Assembly (NCBI GenBank): GCA_964247055.1
Contig: OZ176055.1
Span: forward strand, 9,858,001 to 9,922,000
Length of the DNA stretch: 64,000 bases
Direction of reading: 5' to 3'
Source: Paragordius varius
Lineage: Eukaryota > Animalia > Nematomorpha
The position numbers were made by a program, and so were the translations under genes. Below, in pieces: positions 53,201 to 64,000 of this stretch (positions within the stretch are counted from its first letter, which is position 1; each line of letters starts with the position of its first letter). The notes below the pieces were generated by a model. That model saw nothing but the letters and a program-made list of their open reading frames with translations, was not told the DNA's origin and searched no databases.

Positions 53201-56200
53201 ATGGATTCCAATGATGATGGTGAGGATGGGGAATATATTACTTCAAGGTATTTTATACATCATCATTTACAAAAATTGAAAATATATTTTCCTTAAGCAA
53301 TAATACTTAATTTTTATCATATCGATCGATCGATCGTTATGAAAACTAGTGATGAAACCGAAGAAGCACATATGCCAGTTAATATGCATTATTATCCGAA
53401 TAATGAGAATAGCGAGGAACCTTTGATAGTTCCTTTAAATGAAACCACAAATGCCATACTACCACGACCTGACAAGCCAAATGAGCTCATTCGAACTTTG
53501 AATGATGATTTCAAACATGCAAGGACAAGCTTTAATTTCATTCTGGATACTGATATGTTTAGTAATATGGTATGCATAGAGCCATATATATACACCATTT
53601 TGACTTTAATATACCATTTACAATTCAAATTCACCCTCAAATAAATTATATGTTTTTTAAGATGAAAAATTACGTATATATTTTTTATAATTTTAAAAAA
53701 TAAAAAAATTAAAATAATACTGAAAAAATAATAAACTACGCCATAAAGATATATTTCATATTAATAATGATATTAGTTCGAAAACCTATAATTTATTTTT
53801 AGAGTGAATTTGAACTGTAAATGGTATATATAGTATGTAACTAATTGCGGTTTTTATATGATGCATTAGATTATATTAACTCAATCCTGTCATCACCTAT
53901 TCTCGACCAACACCGGAGACAAAAATTCCCCAAATAAAGATGAACCCAAAACTGTCAAAGACAACAACAGTAGCCTTTCCCAAAATTTTGCAAATTTAGA
54001 GGATTTGGAAAATCAAATTGATTATACCTCCTTGGTAGTCCCCAACGATTTGAATGAGAACGACGCGACAATATCATCTGAGATGGATGTAGGACCCACC
54101 CATTTGGTGACGACACAATTGAGTTCAGATTCTTTTAATGATAATTCGTTTGAAAAATATTTATTGCCTCCCTCTTCTTCTACTAATCATCTTGCACCGA
54201 AAACTCTTTCCTTGAATGGTTTGAATAGCTAATATAATTTGTTTTCATTTATTTAACATATACATTACTTATTATAGGGTTTTGTCCTATGGATGCATTT
54301 GATCGTTTTGTGGTACGGTTCAGTTTTTTGGGGGAATTCGTGAAAAGCCTTTTGTTTTTTGGATGTCCAAACATTTCACAAAGCTATTCAGGAGGTTTAA
54401 ACAATAACTCTAATGCTATATATCCTACAGATTTGCCATTGATTAATTTTGAGGAGAGCCAAAAATCAGAATATGCCTTTACATATGCACTTTGTTCTTA
54501 CTTATCAAGTGAACATTTCGGCTTCTTTAAGAACATCAACGAGCCAAAAACTAAGCAATCGCCCAGAAAAAAGAAAAGTTCCCCTTCATCTACTTTCTCA
54601 CAAAAAGTGCAATCATTTCAAACTTTTATGCAGCGAGAAACGGAACATTTAATCCAGTGAGAACAATCAAAACATAAAAATTTCGAAAGACAACCCCATA
54701 CTTTTTTGAATCCTGATTTTTTGTATATAAAATATTTAAGTACAATTGTAAAACTTATATAGATTGTGTTACCAATTTACATCTCTAATTCACACTTTGC
54801 TATTCGAAAAAATGAGTGTTTTTAAAAAATTAGATTTATAAGAGTACACGAGGTGTTTTGACAGAAAATATATATGTCTTTATATTTTTAAGTTTTGTCA
54901 GTCTAATTCCAATTTTCACTGTGATTATGGCTTCTAAATTTACTACCCATATATATTACGGTAAAAATTGAAATTATACAGATAAAACGTAAAAACAAAA
55001 TATTTTTTTATCAAAAGACAACCATATTTCAAACCTTAATTTTTCTTATTATAAAGTATTTAAGTATAATTTAAAAAATGTAGAATTGATTGTTTTGCTA
55101 ATATTTATCTATTTCATACTTTACAGGCTTACAAATGAATTATAATTAAATTATCAAGATATATATAGTATGGGTTGTTCTTTAGTAGTAAAAATATTTG
55201 TCTTTATATTTTTATGTTTTGTCCTTCCGTATAATTCCAATTTTTACTTTTTTTTATCCCCACTAATTTTTAGTGATGATAAATCAAGAATGTATCAATC
55301 ATATCTCCTAACTCTAAATGTTAAACGTGGTCTTTTACCCTTTTTGTATTGTACGGCAATATATATGCATTACATGACTAATGTACCAATTCCAACACAC
55401 ATTTTGAAAGGTATTAATTATATTAATCATCTATGATATAAAATTTAGGCATTGCTTTTTTTCTATCGTTTAATATTCCATAGTTCCCATAACAGCTTTC
55501 AAAAGATTTGACCTTAATAATAATGATGATAAGAAGAAGCCTGAATCACCTACTACGAAAAATTTAACAGAACTACTAAATGTTGTTTATAACAGTTTAT
55601 GTAATTATATTGGTATCGAATCAAACCTTTATACTTTCTGGCGTTTATGTTGTGAAAATGGCATCAAAGGATTGACTAAAACCCAAAATAATAATACTTT
55701 TGACATGGAGGTCAAAATGTATAAACTCATTTTTGGTCATTGGTTAAACATTAAAGATTCTTCACGTTTTAGCACTTTTTTCAACGGGAATTCCGATAAA
55801 ATTCACAATGATAAAATAAAAATGGACATTGAATTGTTAAAGCCACAATCTTTGTTAAACAATGTTAAAGAAACGTATGACTCGGTTCCGAGGTAATTGT
55901 AATTGATATTTTATTAAATTCTGCACTTATATATTTTACATTTGAATAAAACATAAAATATGTAAGTTAGCGACACGCGGCAAAAAAATTTTAACAAGTT
56001 AACCATAAATCTGGGTTTTTAATATTTTCTATATTAAGTTACCCTCAATCCTGTTTTATGTTATTAATTATATTGCCTATTCTCATAATGATATCCCTTA
56101 GTTTGAATACAAATTTGGGGACGATTGAATCATTTTAGGCAAAGATTTCTATTGTTGCATATAAACAGTAAAAATGAAATTATACGGACAAAACGGAATA

Positions 56201-56430
56201 ATCTTACTTTTTAAAACCTTATTTTTTCTTATATAAGCTATTTAGTTTAATTGTAAAATATAGAATTGATTGTGTTAGGAATATATAATATATATATGTA
56301 TCTCTTTTTAATACTTGCCATTTAAAACAATGAGTTATATATAAATAAATCAAAATTTAAAAAGTATGGTTGTCTTTTTACAAAAAAATATTTGTCTTTA
56401 TCACGTTTTTTCCGTATAATATCAGTTTTT

Positions 56431-56486
<56 letters not shown>

Positions 56487-58506
56487 CCATGTTATTATGT
56501 ACTTTGATTTGATGGGTATTTACGATTATTACAGTTAGCAATTCATTTGTCTAATTAAGAGTCTTTGCAGCTGTTTTACGCTTTTTTTTCAAATTTTTAG
56601 ATTGAGAACATGGCGACTTATACAGTTGCCTCATGATTATGCAGACTTGATTGGCCTGGCCTCAACCTTTGTCTGTCCAACGCAACTCGCCGAACAATAC
56701 AATCAGAGGGCTTCAACGTCTTACGGTAAAAACATATATATTAGTAATTTCATATTGGAATTCTTATTAATTAATAAGTAATGTAATATCTAATCTTAGA
56801 TAGTAAAGCTTGTTCAACTCGAGCACCGACTCTGTGCTTAGTTTGTGGGACGCTCCTATGTTCTCAGAGTTATTGTTGTCAAACGCATTTGATCTTAGAT
56901 GCCAGGCATGGAGATCGTGTCGTGGCTATAGGTAACATACCATTTCATTTGACAATCGTATATTCCCATATATTTTTTAGAGATAACCTCTTGTACATAC
57001 AGTAAAAATTGAAAGTATGCAGACGTAACGTAAAAACATAAAGGCAAATATTTTTTTCACAAGACCGTTGTGCTTATAAATTTTATGAATAACACTCATT
57101 GAGCAAAGTAAATAGAGATGGAATTTGGCAATCAATTATATATTTACAATTGTAATAAATAATATACATAGAATTATGGATTTAAAAAGTATAGTTGTCT
57201 TTTGGGAAAAATATCTTTATATTTTTGCGTTTTATTTTTAGTTTACAGTATGCATTTTAATGGTTCTTATTTCACACTATGGTAGGGGAATTCGCAACAC
57301 AACAGTAGTATATGGAAAAATGTAACAAAATATTTTTAATAACCAAATCCTTTCCTTTTTCCATGAACTTTTGTGTGTTACAAATTGCCCAACTATATAA
57401 GCAACCATTAAAATGCATACTCTAAGTCATTCGTAATATTTAAATGTTAAACTTTTTAGGGTCGTACGTAATTCCTTATATATGTTTATTGTGAATTTTG
57501 AACAAAGGTTCAATGGCAGATGAGAAATATGCCCCTGGACTCATAGTTTGGCCTGTTGGGGCTTGTATGGCTCACTCCTTTGTTTGTGGAGCTGGAACAG
57601 GCTTGTTCCTAAGGTATGGTATAAAATCTCTCTCCATATATACCATTTACAGTTCAAATTGACCCTTAAACAATTCAAATTAACCTTCGTACAATTCAAA
57701 TACACCCTATTATGTTGTTTTTTAAGCTCAAAAATTACCTATATTATTTATATTTTTAAAAAAAAGAAACTTTGTATGTAATCAATGTAATACTAAAAAA
57801 ATAATAAACTTTGCCATAAAAATATATTTAATTATAATGATGAGAGTTATATTAGACTGAAATTTGATAATTTATTTTTAGGGTGAATTTGAATCGTTCG
57901 AGGGTGAATTTGAATCGTTCGTAAAGGTTGAATTGTAAATGGTATATATCTATAATTTCTATTCTGTCTTTATCTCCTCAGAATTCGAGAATGTCAAATC
58001 TTAATGTTGTTTGGACGTACGCGTGGGACTTTTGTTGCTCCGCCCTATATTGATGCTTATGGTGAAACAGATCAGGGCTTAAAGTTTAATTACTTTTTTA
58101 AATAATAATTTTTATTCTCGTAAAATTTATTAAATTTAAACTATATCCAAAATTTTCGATACATGAGAGTATCCTAATAATGAGATATAATTAAAACAAA
58201 ATTTGAAAAATATAATTATAAATTATAATAACAAAAAAAAACAATACAAAAATACACCATTCAAATTATAATGGTATATGCCAATCTTTTTTTTGTAAAA
58301 ACTTCTCTTGCGTTCTATTTTGCACATTTTTTGTGAATGTATCATTAATATGTGTGAAATTTAGACGGGGAAATCCTTTATTCTTGTGTCCTGAACGGTA
58401 TCGAGCTTTTGAAAAGCTTTGGATTACAAATTCAATTCCGGATGAGATTGTGAGATCTTTGGAATCTAATCCCAATCTACTGTCCATCGATTGGCAACAT
58501 TTATGA
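35246..58506 (+). CDS. UBR1: E3 ubiquitin ligase UBR1/UBR2-type (N-recognin), ~45 exons
   Basis: UBR box [30 protein letters not shown]...[16 protein letters not shown] (35570-35880); ClpS-like [13 protein letters not shown] (36347-36479); [22 protein letters not shown] (43591-43757); [13 protein letters not shown]; FDPFYYHY; basic [16 protein letters not shown]; [12 protein letters not shown]...[11 protein letters not shown]...[10 protein letters not shown]; C-terminal CLVCG...[35 protein letters not shown]...IDWQHL* (TGA 58504-58506). Internal exons were joined by GT-AG and phase. Confidence 0.95.
36983..37259. mobile_element. Family M1 MITE
   Basis: TA|CCATTTACAGTTCAATTCACCC ... GAATTGTAAATGG|TA. 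Confidence 0.88.
38169..38435. mobile_element. Family M1 MITE
   Basis: Inserted in a TA run 23 nt after the donor at 38146; CCATTTAGAATTCAAATTCAC ... GAACTGTAAAT. Confidence 0.85.
38492..38593 (+). CDS. UBR alternative exon A (102 nt)
   Basis: CTTTTTTAG|...|GTATTC; encodes [34 protein letters not shown]; phase 0/0. Confidence 0.85.
39046..39147 (+). CDS. UBR alternative exon B (102 nt), paralogous to exon A
   Basis: CATAG|...|GTGAGT; encodes [34 protein letters not shown]; phase 0/0. Confidence 0.8.
40000..40418. mobile_element. Family M1 MITE with 7-unit right 21-bp array
   Basis: TA|CCATTTACAG ... (GGGTGAATTTGAATTGTyCrA)x7 GGGTGAATTTAAACTGTAAATGG|TA. Confidence 0.92.
41101..41500. repeat. 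~99-bp tandem repeat x4 starting at a UBR splice donor
   Basis: Units begin GyATGTGGTATTCTA at 41101, 41200, 41299 and 41399. Confidence 0.88.
41954..42264. mobile_element. Family M2 MITE
   Basis: CAGTAAAAATTGAAATTATACGGAC ... CAGTTTTTACTG|TA. Confidence 0.85.
42301..42667. mobile_element. Family M1 MITE
   Basis: TA|CCATTTACAG ... TTGTAAATGG|TA; sits between units of the M2-derived array. Confidence 0.9.
42668..43560. repeat. ~130-bp tandem array (~7 units) built from the M2 right end plus flank
   Basis: The TTTTACTGTA terminus recurs at ~42755, 42881, 43017, 43148, 43280, 43408 and 43518. Confidence 0.88.
45972..46254. mobile_element. Family M2 MITE
   Basis: TA|CAGTAAAAACTGAAATCGTACGGAC ... 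GTCCGTATAATTTCAATTTTTACTG|TA. Confidence 0.88.
47337..47578. mobile_element. Family M2 MITE
   Basis: TA|CAGTAAATATTTAAATTATACGG ... CATTTTTACTG|TA. Confidence 0.8.
47957..48236. mobile_element. Family M1 MITE, left end truncated
   Basis: CCCTTGAACAATTCAAATTCACCC ... GAATTGTAAATGA. Confidence 0.8.
50112..50424. mobile_element. Family M1 MITE
   Basis: TA|CCATTTACATTTC ... GAATTATAAATGG|TA; ends 15 nt before the acceptor at 50439. Confidence 0.88.
50803..51066. mobile_element. Family M1 MITE
   Basis: TA|CCATTTACAATTC ... GAACTGTAAATGG|TA. Confidence 0.9.
51133..51181. repeat. 17-bp minisatellite x3 (TTTAAACCCCTCTATAG)
   Basis: Direct reading; three head-to-tail copies in a UBR intron. Confidence 0.9.
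53614..53824. mobile_element. Family M1 MITE, short
   Basis: TA|CCATTTACAATTCAAATTCACCC ... GAACTGTAAATGG|TA. Confidence 0.88.
56434..56485. repeat. (TA)n microsatellite, ~26 units
   Basis: Direct reading. Shorter TA runs occur at ~4147, 8949, 17630 and 24152. Confidence 0.95.
57643..57942. mobile_element. Family M1 MITE
   Basis: TA|CCATTTACAGTTCAAATTGACCC ... GAATTGTAAATGG|TA. Confidence 0.88.
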
Positions 58507-58922
58507 TGATAGAGAGAATAAAACATTATATAAATTATTAGCCGCTTTTACATTAGTTATAGATTAATTTTAATGAATGCAATTATTTATATTAATTACC
58601 TTTTTTTACAGTTAACATGGTTTTTTTCCCCTCAATTATAGAATGCCGAAAATATTAATCAATTTTATAGTGTATAATAAATTTTGCGTTTTCAAATATA
58701 ATTGGAATTGAATGCTGAAAAAAAAGTAATACTCCAATCTTATATATTTTTTCATTTATTTTGAATAAAAAACAGAATACACCGGTAAATGTAGGTTTAA
58801 ATGCAAATATTGATCAATAGCTCTTGTGCCGTGAATTTGTCAATTTAAAATGATTAAAAAAATATTATAATTAGTTAGATAATCTGATAATTATGGCGTT
58901 TAATAGCAACCAACATAAAAAA

Positions 58923-61900
58923 TTAATTTAACAATATGGGAATTTCATTGTTTTCTACTACGTAAGCTTCTTCCTGGTAATTAACCGCAGGTGAGATATT
59001 AAAATGCTGTTGTTGGTTAGCCTTTTCATTTAACTCGATCGGCGTTTCTAAATTCTTGATATGTTCAATTTCAGAAGATTGGTCTGAGTCGCCGTCGCCG
59101 TTAGAATTCCATCCACAAAACTCCATACATTCCGATTCATCCAGGAAATTGTTCCCATTCCCATTACATCCCGAGAAATTGAATTGTGAACAAGTTTGGC
59201 TTGCTGAATCGAAATACCACATTTTTATCATGAACGTGCAGGTCCCACTATCTGGTGCCATTTTGCACACATCTGGTTAGAACAGAAAATAGAGAATCAA
59301 ATATATTATGACTTTATAGAGCATTAGTGTGAATCCTTGTTAAAAAATAGGAAAATCTGGAAAAGCGCACAGTACTGCTTCTAATTTTGCAAAATCTATA
59401 CGCAACATTTAAATGCCTTTTTGGTACAATTATATTTGGTGATCAAAATCGTACAAACGTAATACAAGTATCATAATATCAACTCAATTAATAAAAATTT
59501 AATAAAAATAAAATTTTGCAATCGTTAAAACATCCATCAGTATGAAATCAACGTAAGATGGATGCACTTTTTATGTTTAACATGATAAAACATTTTGAAA
59601 TTAAAGCAATCTTTTATAAATATTGAAAAAAAGGCATGCGTTTTTATGTTGTGTTGTTGTTACCTTGGTTCCTATATTTTCCACACTTCCTTTCACAATC
59701 AATGCGAGATAAGAAATGATTATTATTGCGCTGACATCCACGGAATTTGAAAGCTTTGCACTTACCATGCTCTGAGCTATAAAAGAATCGTAAATGAGAC
59801 TCTCCACATGATCCCAAATCCAACGGTTCCTCACATATTGCTATCAAAACATTTAATAATTAAAGGATTGCACTATTTTACATTTGAAAAAATATTTGGT
59901 GGCAAAAGGTTTGTGAGGTGCAGATTTACAAATATTTTTATATTTTTATGTTATGATTTAATTCCAACATCATAATTATACCGATAGTAATAAAAGACAT
60001 ATATATCAATAAAAAACAACCATCGTTTGGATTGCAAAATACTATATTGTTTTTTTACCCAATGCCTCATAAATTTTACAGAAATTGAAATTATACAGAC
60101 AAACCGTAAGATAAAAATTCTTTTTCAAAGTACTTTAACCTTGATGTATAATATTAAAAACCATATACTGTATGAGTAAGTATATATTGCCACAAAGTTA
60201 TTAATTATTGCCAAATAGCATATGCAGCAAAGAGAATTATTATTGGCTAATAATAAAATGTAAAAATAACTATAAGCCAACAATACTGCCCTTTGCTGTA
60301 CATGCTATTCGGCAATAATTAATAACTAGCAATATACACTTACTCATACTGTCTTTATATTTTTACAATTTGTACGTATAACTTCAATTTTAACTGTATA
60401 TACCTGGGTCAATTTTAATTTTTCTTCCAAGCTGATTAACAGTGACATCTCCAGCGTTTTCACGTAACTTGCTGTGTTTGGATTGGATGTTAACATAACG
60501 CTTTTTTATAGATTCATCTTCATCGCCAACGGCATATGATTGTTGAGAAGTTGAGAAGTGTGCTGGTGACCTCCTTTTACCAATCAGATTCTGATTCTGA
60601 TCATAATTTTGCCTGTCGTTGTAATCCAAATGCTCTTGAGTCTGCTCGTCTTCAGAATCATCGCCTTCGTCTTCATCACTGCTGTCTTCATCGTCTTGAT
60701 GAGAATAATTGGGAAGGCAGGTCCTTTTACAATCTTCTTCGGTGCTAAATCTAAAATTAATTGTAAAAAGGAATTCAAGCAACACAAATAAAATTATGCA
60801 AAGTAAAAATAAATGCAAATTATTTCTCATTCTATACTTTTTTGATATTTTACGTGCCTGTATTTCAATTTTTACTGTCCATTGTAATTTTATTTCTCGT
60901 ATTACGATTTGCTTTTGTAAAAAACCAAGTTAAGTACAATTTAATTATATAGAGTACAAATATATGCGGACAAAACGTAAAAATATAAAGACAAATATTT
61001 TTTTTAAAAGACAACCATACTTTTTAAATCTAAAATTTTTTAATGATAACCCATTGTTCATACTATAAAGTAAAGATGAAAATTGATAACATAAGCATTT
61101 TTGTATTAAACTATTGTAATTAAATTAATAGGGTAATTTAAATTTAAAAAGTATGGTTGTCTTTCAGAAAAAATATTTGTCATTGTCCGTATAATTTAAG
61201 TTTTTACTGTATGTTAATGGGAAATATTTGTCAATACATATGCAAACGTCGTTTAAAATAGCCTTTATTTTGAATTTTGTCAAGATCTTAAAAAATTTAA
61301 ATACACAGACAAACTTTAAAAGTTGAAAGATAAATATTTTTTAAAGAGAAATTACCATACTTTTTTATCTTTTCCTACATAAACTAGATGATTACAATAT
61401 TAAAATAATAATTCAATAAGTTACCATTTTAAATCTATTTCTTATTCTGGAATAATAAAAATGGCTAATATTAATAAAATCAAGTTTTAAAAAAATGTTC
61501 TCGTTATTTCAAAATATATTTGCCTTTTAGTTTTTATATTCTGTCTGTATAATTTCAATCTTTACTATATAACAAAAACTATTATTCATCACATCCAACA
61601 GCCCATATATGATATTTCTCTACCTATTGTCATTAACATGGCAACCACCGTAATGAAATTGGCGGCAAATCCGGTTGAAAGAATCAAAAGCCCATTGAAT
61701 CGAAAAATTCCGACATGGTCCAGTTTCATATTTTTGACTGCAAACTAAACAAATAATATATTTTCATTATGATATTTTATAACAAAAAATTATTGAAATA
61801 AGCAACCGTCTTGCTGCAAACGCCTTTGCCCTATTTCTGGTCTTTGGCGATGTTGCGGGGTTTGCTGGTTATCTCGATTATTCGATGGGGCTTTATATGA

Positions 61901-63207
61901 AAAAAAATTTATAAATATATTTATCAATGCGAAGAAAATGATATTAACTTGGCCTAAAAAATAAGTTTATACAATAGACATTTAAACAATTACAGTAAAA
62001 ACTGAAATTTTACGGACAAAGCGTTAAAATATAAAGACAAATATTTTTTTGTGTTTGAGAGAAAAAAATATTTGTCTTTATATCTTTACGTTTTGTCCAT
62101 AGTATAATTTCAGTCTTTACTGTAAAAGAAAGAAAATGTGAATTACCATTTATGTCTTGTGAATGATATATTTCTATTTCACACTTGCCATTTAAAACAA
62201 TAAGTCATATTGATATAAATCAGGTTGTGTTTTAGAGAAAAAAAATATTTGTCTTAATATTTTTACGTTTTGTTTATAGTATAATTATAAAGTTTTTACT
62301 GTAATAGAAAGAAAATATGAATAACCATTTATGTCTCTATGTGAATGATATATCTCTATTTCACACTTGCCATTTAAAATGGTGAGTTATATTGAAATAT
62401 ATCATATGGTTGTGTTTTAGAGGGAAAAAAAATTTTTCTTTATATTTTTACGTTTTGTCCTTCCGTATAATTTCAAAGTTTTTACTGTAATAGAAAGAAA
62501 ATGTGAATAACCATTTATGTCTCTATGTGAATGATATATCTCTATTTCACACTTGCCATTTAAAATGGTGAGTTATATTGAAATATATCATATGGTTGTG
62601 TTTTAGAGAAAAAAATGTGTGTCTTTATATTTTTACGTTTTGTCCATAGTATAATTTCAAAGTTTTTACTGTAAAATAGAAAGAAAATGTGAATAACCAT
62701 TTGCGTCTCTATGTTGTAATGGTCTTGGAACCGTATTTTGTCCACTATGAGGAGGTCCAACCCGTTCGACATGACTGTGCTCTGAACCGCCATGTCGCTC
62801 CCCTTCATGATGATGATAAGGTGAATGGGAATGGGGAGACTGTCGGCCCTCCCGCACACAAGTCCTTTGACAATCCTCGGCAGTTTGGAAACTATTCATA
62901 CAATAAATCGGATATTAAACTATAAAATATTCTACAAGCAAGCGTTTTCTGATTAAGGATATTAGTTTAATAAAGCAATAATTATTATCTATCAATAAGA
63001 GATTATCATAGGTAATGATTCAATAAGCCATTTATAAAACTAATAGAGAGCTATTCAGATATCAGAGATAAGGGGAACTATACTTATTTTTATTGCCGGA
63101 ACAACCTCCATAATAGAATTGGCGACAAACTTGATTAGTATTGTCATAATACCATCTCACGACATAGTTCCCACATGGCCCAATATCTGAATTCTCCAAG
63201 CATACAC
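58923..63207 (-). CDS. Multi-Kunitz (BPTI) domain protein, 3' part, four Kunitz domains; 5' end not located in the window
   Basis: Exons (-) 63207-63084, 62891-62698, 61890-61807, 61744-61624, 60750-60404, 59840-59664, 59272-58923. Four complete 6-Cys domains, e.g. VCLENSDIGPCGNYVVRWYYDNTNQVCRQFYYGGCSGNKNNFQTAEDCQRTC. A papilin-like identity is possible but not shown. Confidence 0.9.
60171..60348. mobile_element. ~180-bp foldback element with ~60-bp TIRs nested in an M2 MITE
   Basis: TATGAGTAAGTATATATTGC..AGTTATTAATTATTGCCAAATAGCATATGCAGCAAAG pairs with CTTTGCTGTACATGCTATTCGGCAATAATTAATAACTAGCAATATACACTTACTCATA; CTG on both flanks. Confidence 0.75.
62060..62720. repeat. ~183-bp tandem array (3-4 units) of M2 right end plus a Kunitz-gene exon/intron junction
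   Basis: TTTACTG recurs at ~62122, 62301, 62487 and 62671. Each unit carries AAT(A/T)ACCATTT(A/G)yGTCT, copied from the exon end at 62698. Confidence 0.85.
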
Positions 63208-64000
63208 CTAGTCTCATATAAACAAAAATTAACAGTTAAAATTTGAATTATCCGCGGACAAAACGTATAAATATAAATACAAATATATTTTTTCTAAAAG
63301 ATAACCCCATAATTTTTTAAACCCTAATTTATCCTATTAATAGCATTTAATAATAATCGAAACATGTAATTTTGACTGTGATATCAATATATATATTTTA
63401 TTTTACACTTATGTGTTTAAAATAATTAAGGTTTAAAATAGTATGGTTATCTTTTGATAAAAAAAATTTGTTTTAATATTTTTACATTTTGTCCGTATAA
63501 CTTCAATTGTTACTGTAATATAAAAATAACCAATTTGTATACTATATGATCCAGATTGTTTTTATAAACAAATTAACTTATAAATGGGATTTTCTGTTAA
63601 AATGCTTTTTCTATAACCAAATATTTGTGCCATTTTACTAAAGTTTATCATTGTAGCTTTTTTGTAATTCCCAAGCAAAATAAGTTATTAGAATTTAATA
63701 ATTTATAGTATATCGATTTAGTATTAATCCTAAAAATTTCAATTTTCATACGTGCAAATGTTTCATAATTATATGACGAAAGAGGCGCTATGGTTAAAAT
63801 CAACGCAATTTCGCTCGTTTCTAAAATAGGGTTTGAAAAATTAAAATGATGTCCAACGTTTTAGTAAACAGTTAGGGTTTGAAAATAAGATATTATTTAA
63901 AGATCGAGCGAATTCAAATTTTATCTAGAGTTCCCCTAATTTTTTAATTGTTTTCATTTCTATCTCACAGACATAAAAATCGGAATTTAATTTTTGTTTT

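Noticed and set aside
58266-58526. 86-aa minus-strand ORF as a further Kunitz-gene exon
   Set aside because: It is antisense to the terminal UBR exon (RRGNPLFLC...IDWQHL*), which explains the sequence.

Overview
Very AT-rich, intron-containing animal genomic DNA (bilaterian invertebrate by inference; no species can be named from sequence alone). Most entries in the ORF track are single exons or spurious. By reading splice sites and frames by hand I assembled, in order: a broken FBXW5-like WD40 remnant (+, ~4.1-4.4 kb); a ~20-copy 114-bp tandem array (5.9-8.3 kb); a decayed RTE-like reverse transcriptase (13.0-13.6 kb); two convergent paralogous multicopper oxidase genes (14.3-19.3 kb +, 19.9-23.8 kb -); a TGFBR1/ALK4/5/7 (baboon)-type receptor kinase (25.8-35.2 kb -); a UBR1/UBR2-type N-recognin E3 ligase (35.2-58.5 kb +, ~45 exons, start codon only 80 bp from the receptor's); and the 3' part of a multi-Kunitz gene (58.9-63.2 kb -). 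Introns are crowded with at least four non-autonomous DNA transposon (MITE) families. The best leads are: a MITE that appears to have inserted into a signal-peptide exon and become an intron; 24-29-nt introns clustered around the divergent promoter; a duplicated 102-nt candidate mutually exclusive exon pair in the UBR gene; and two very large insertions in and just after the receptor kinase activation segment. All gene models are manual and unvalidated by transcripts. Family comparisons are from recalled sequences, not database searches. No rRNA, tRNA or CRISPR array was seen.
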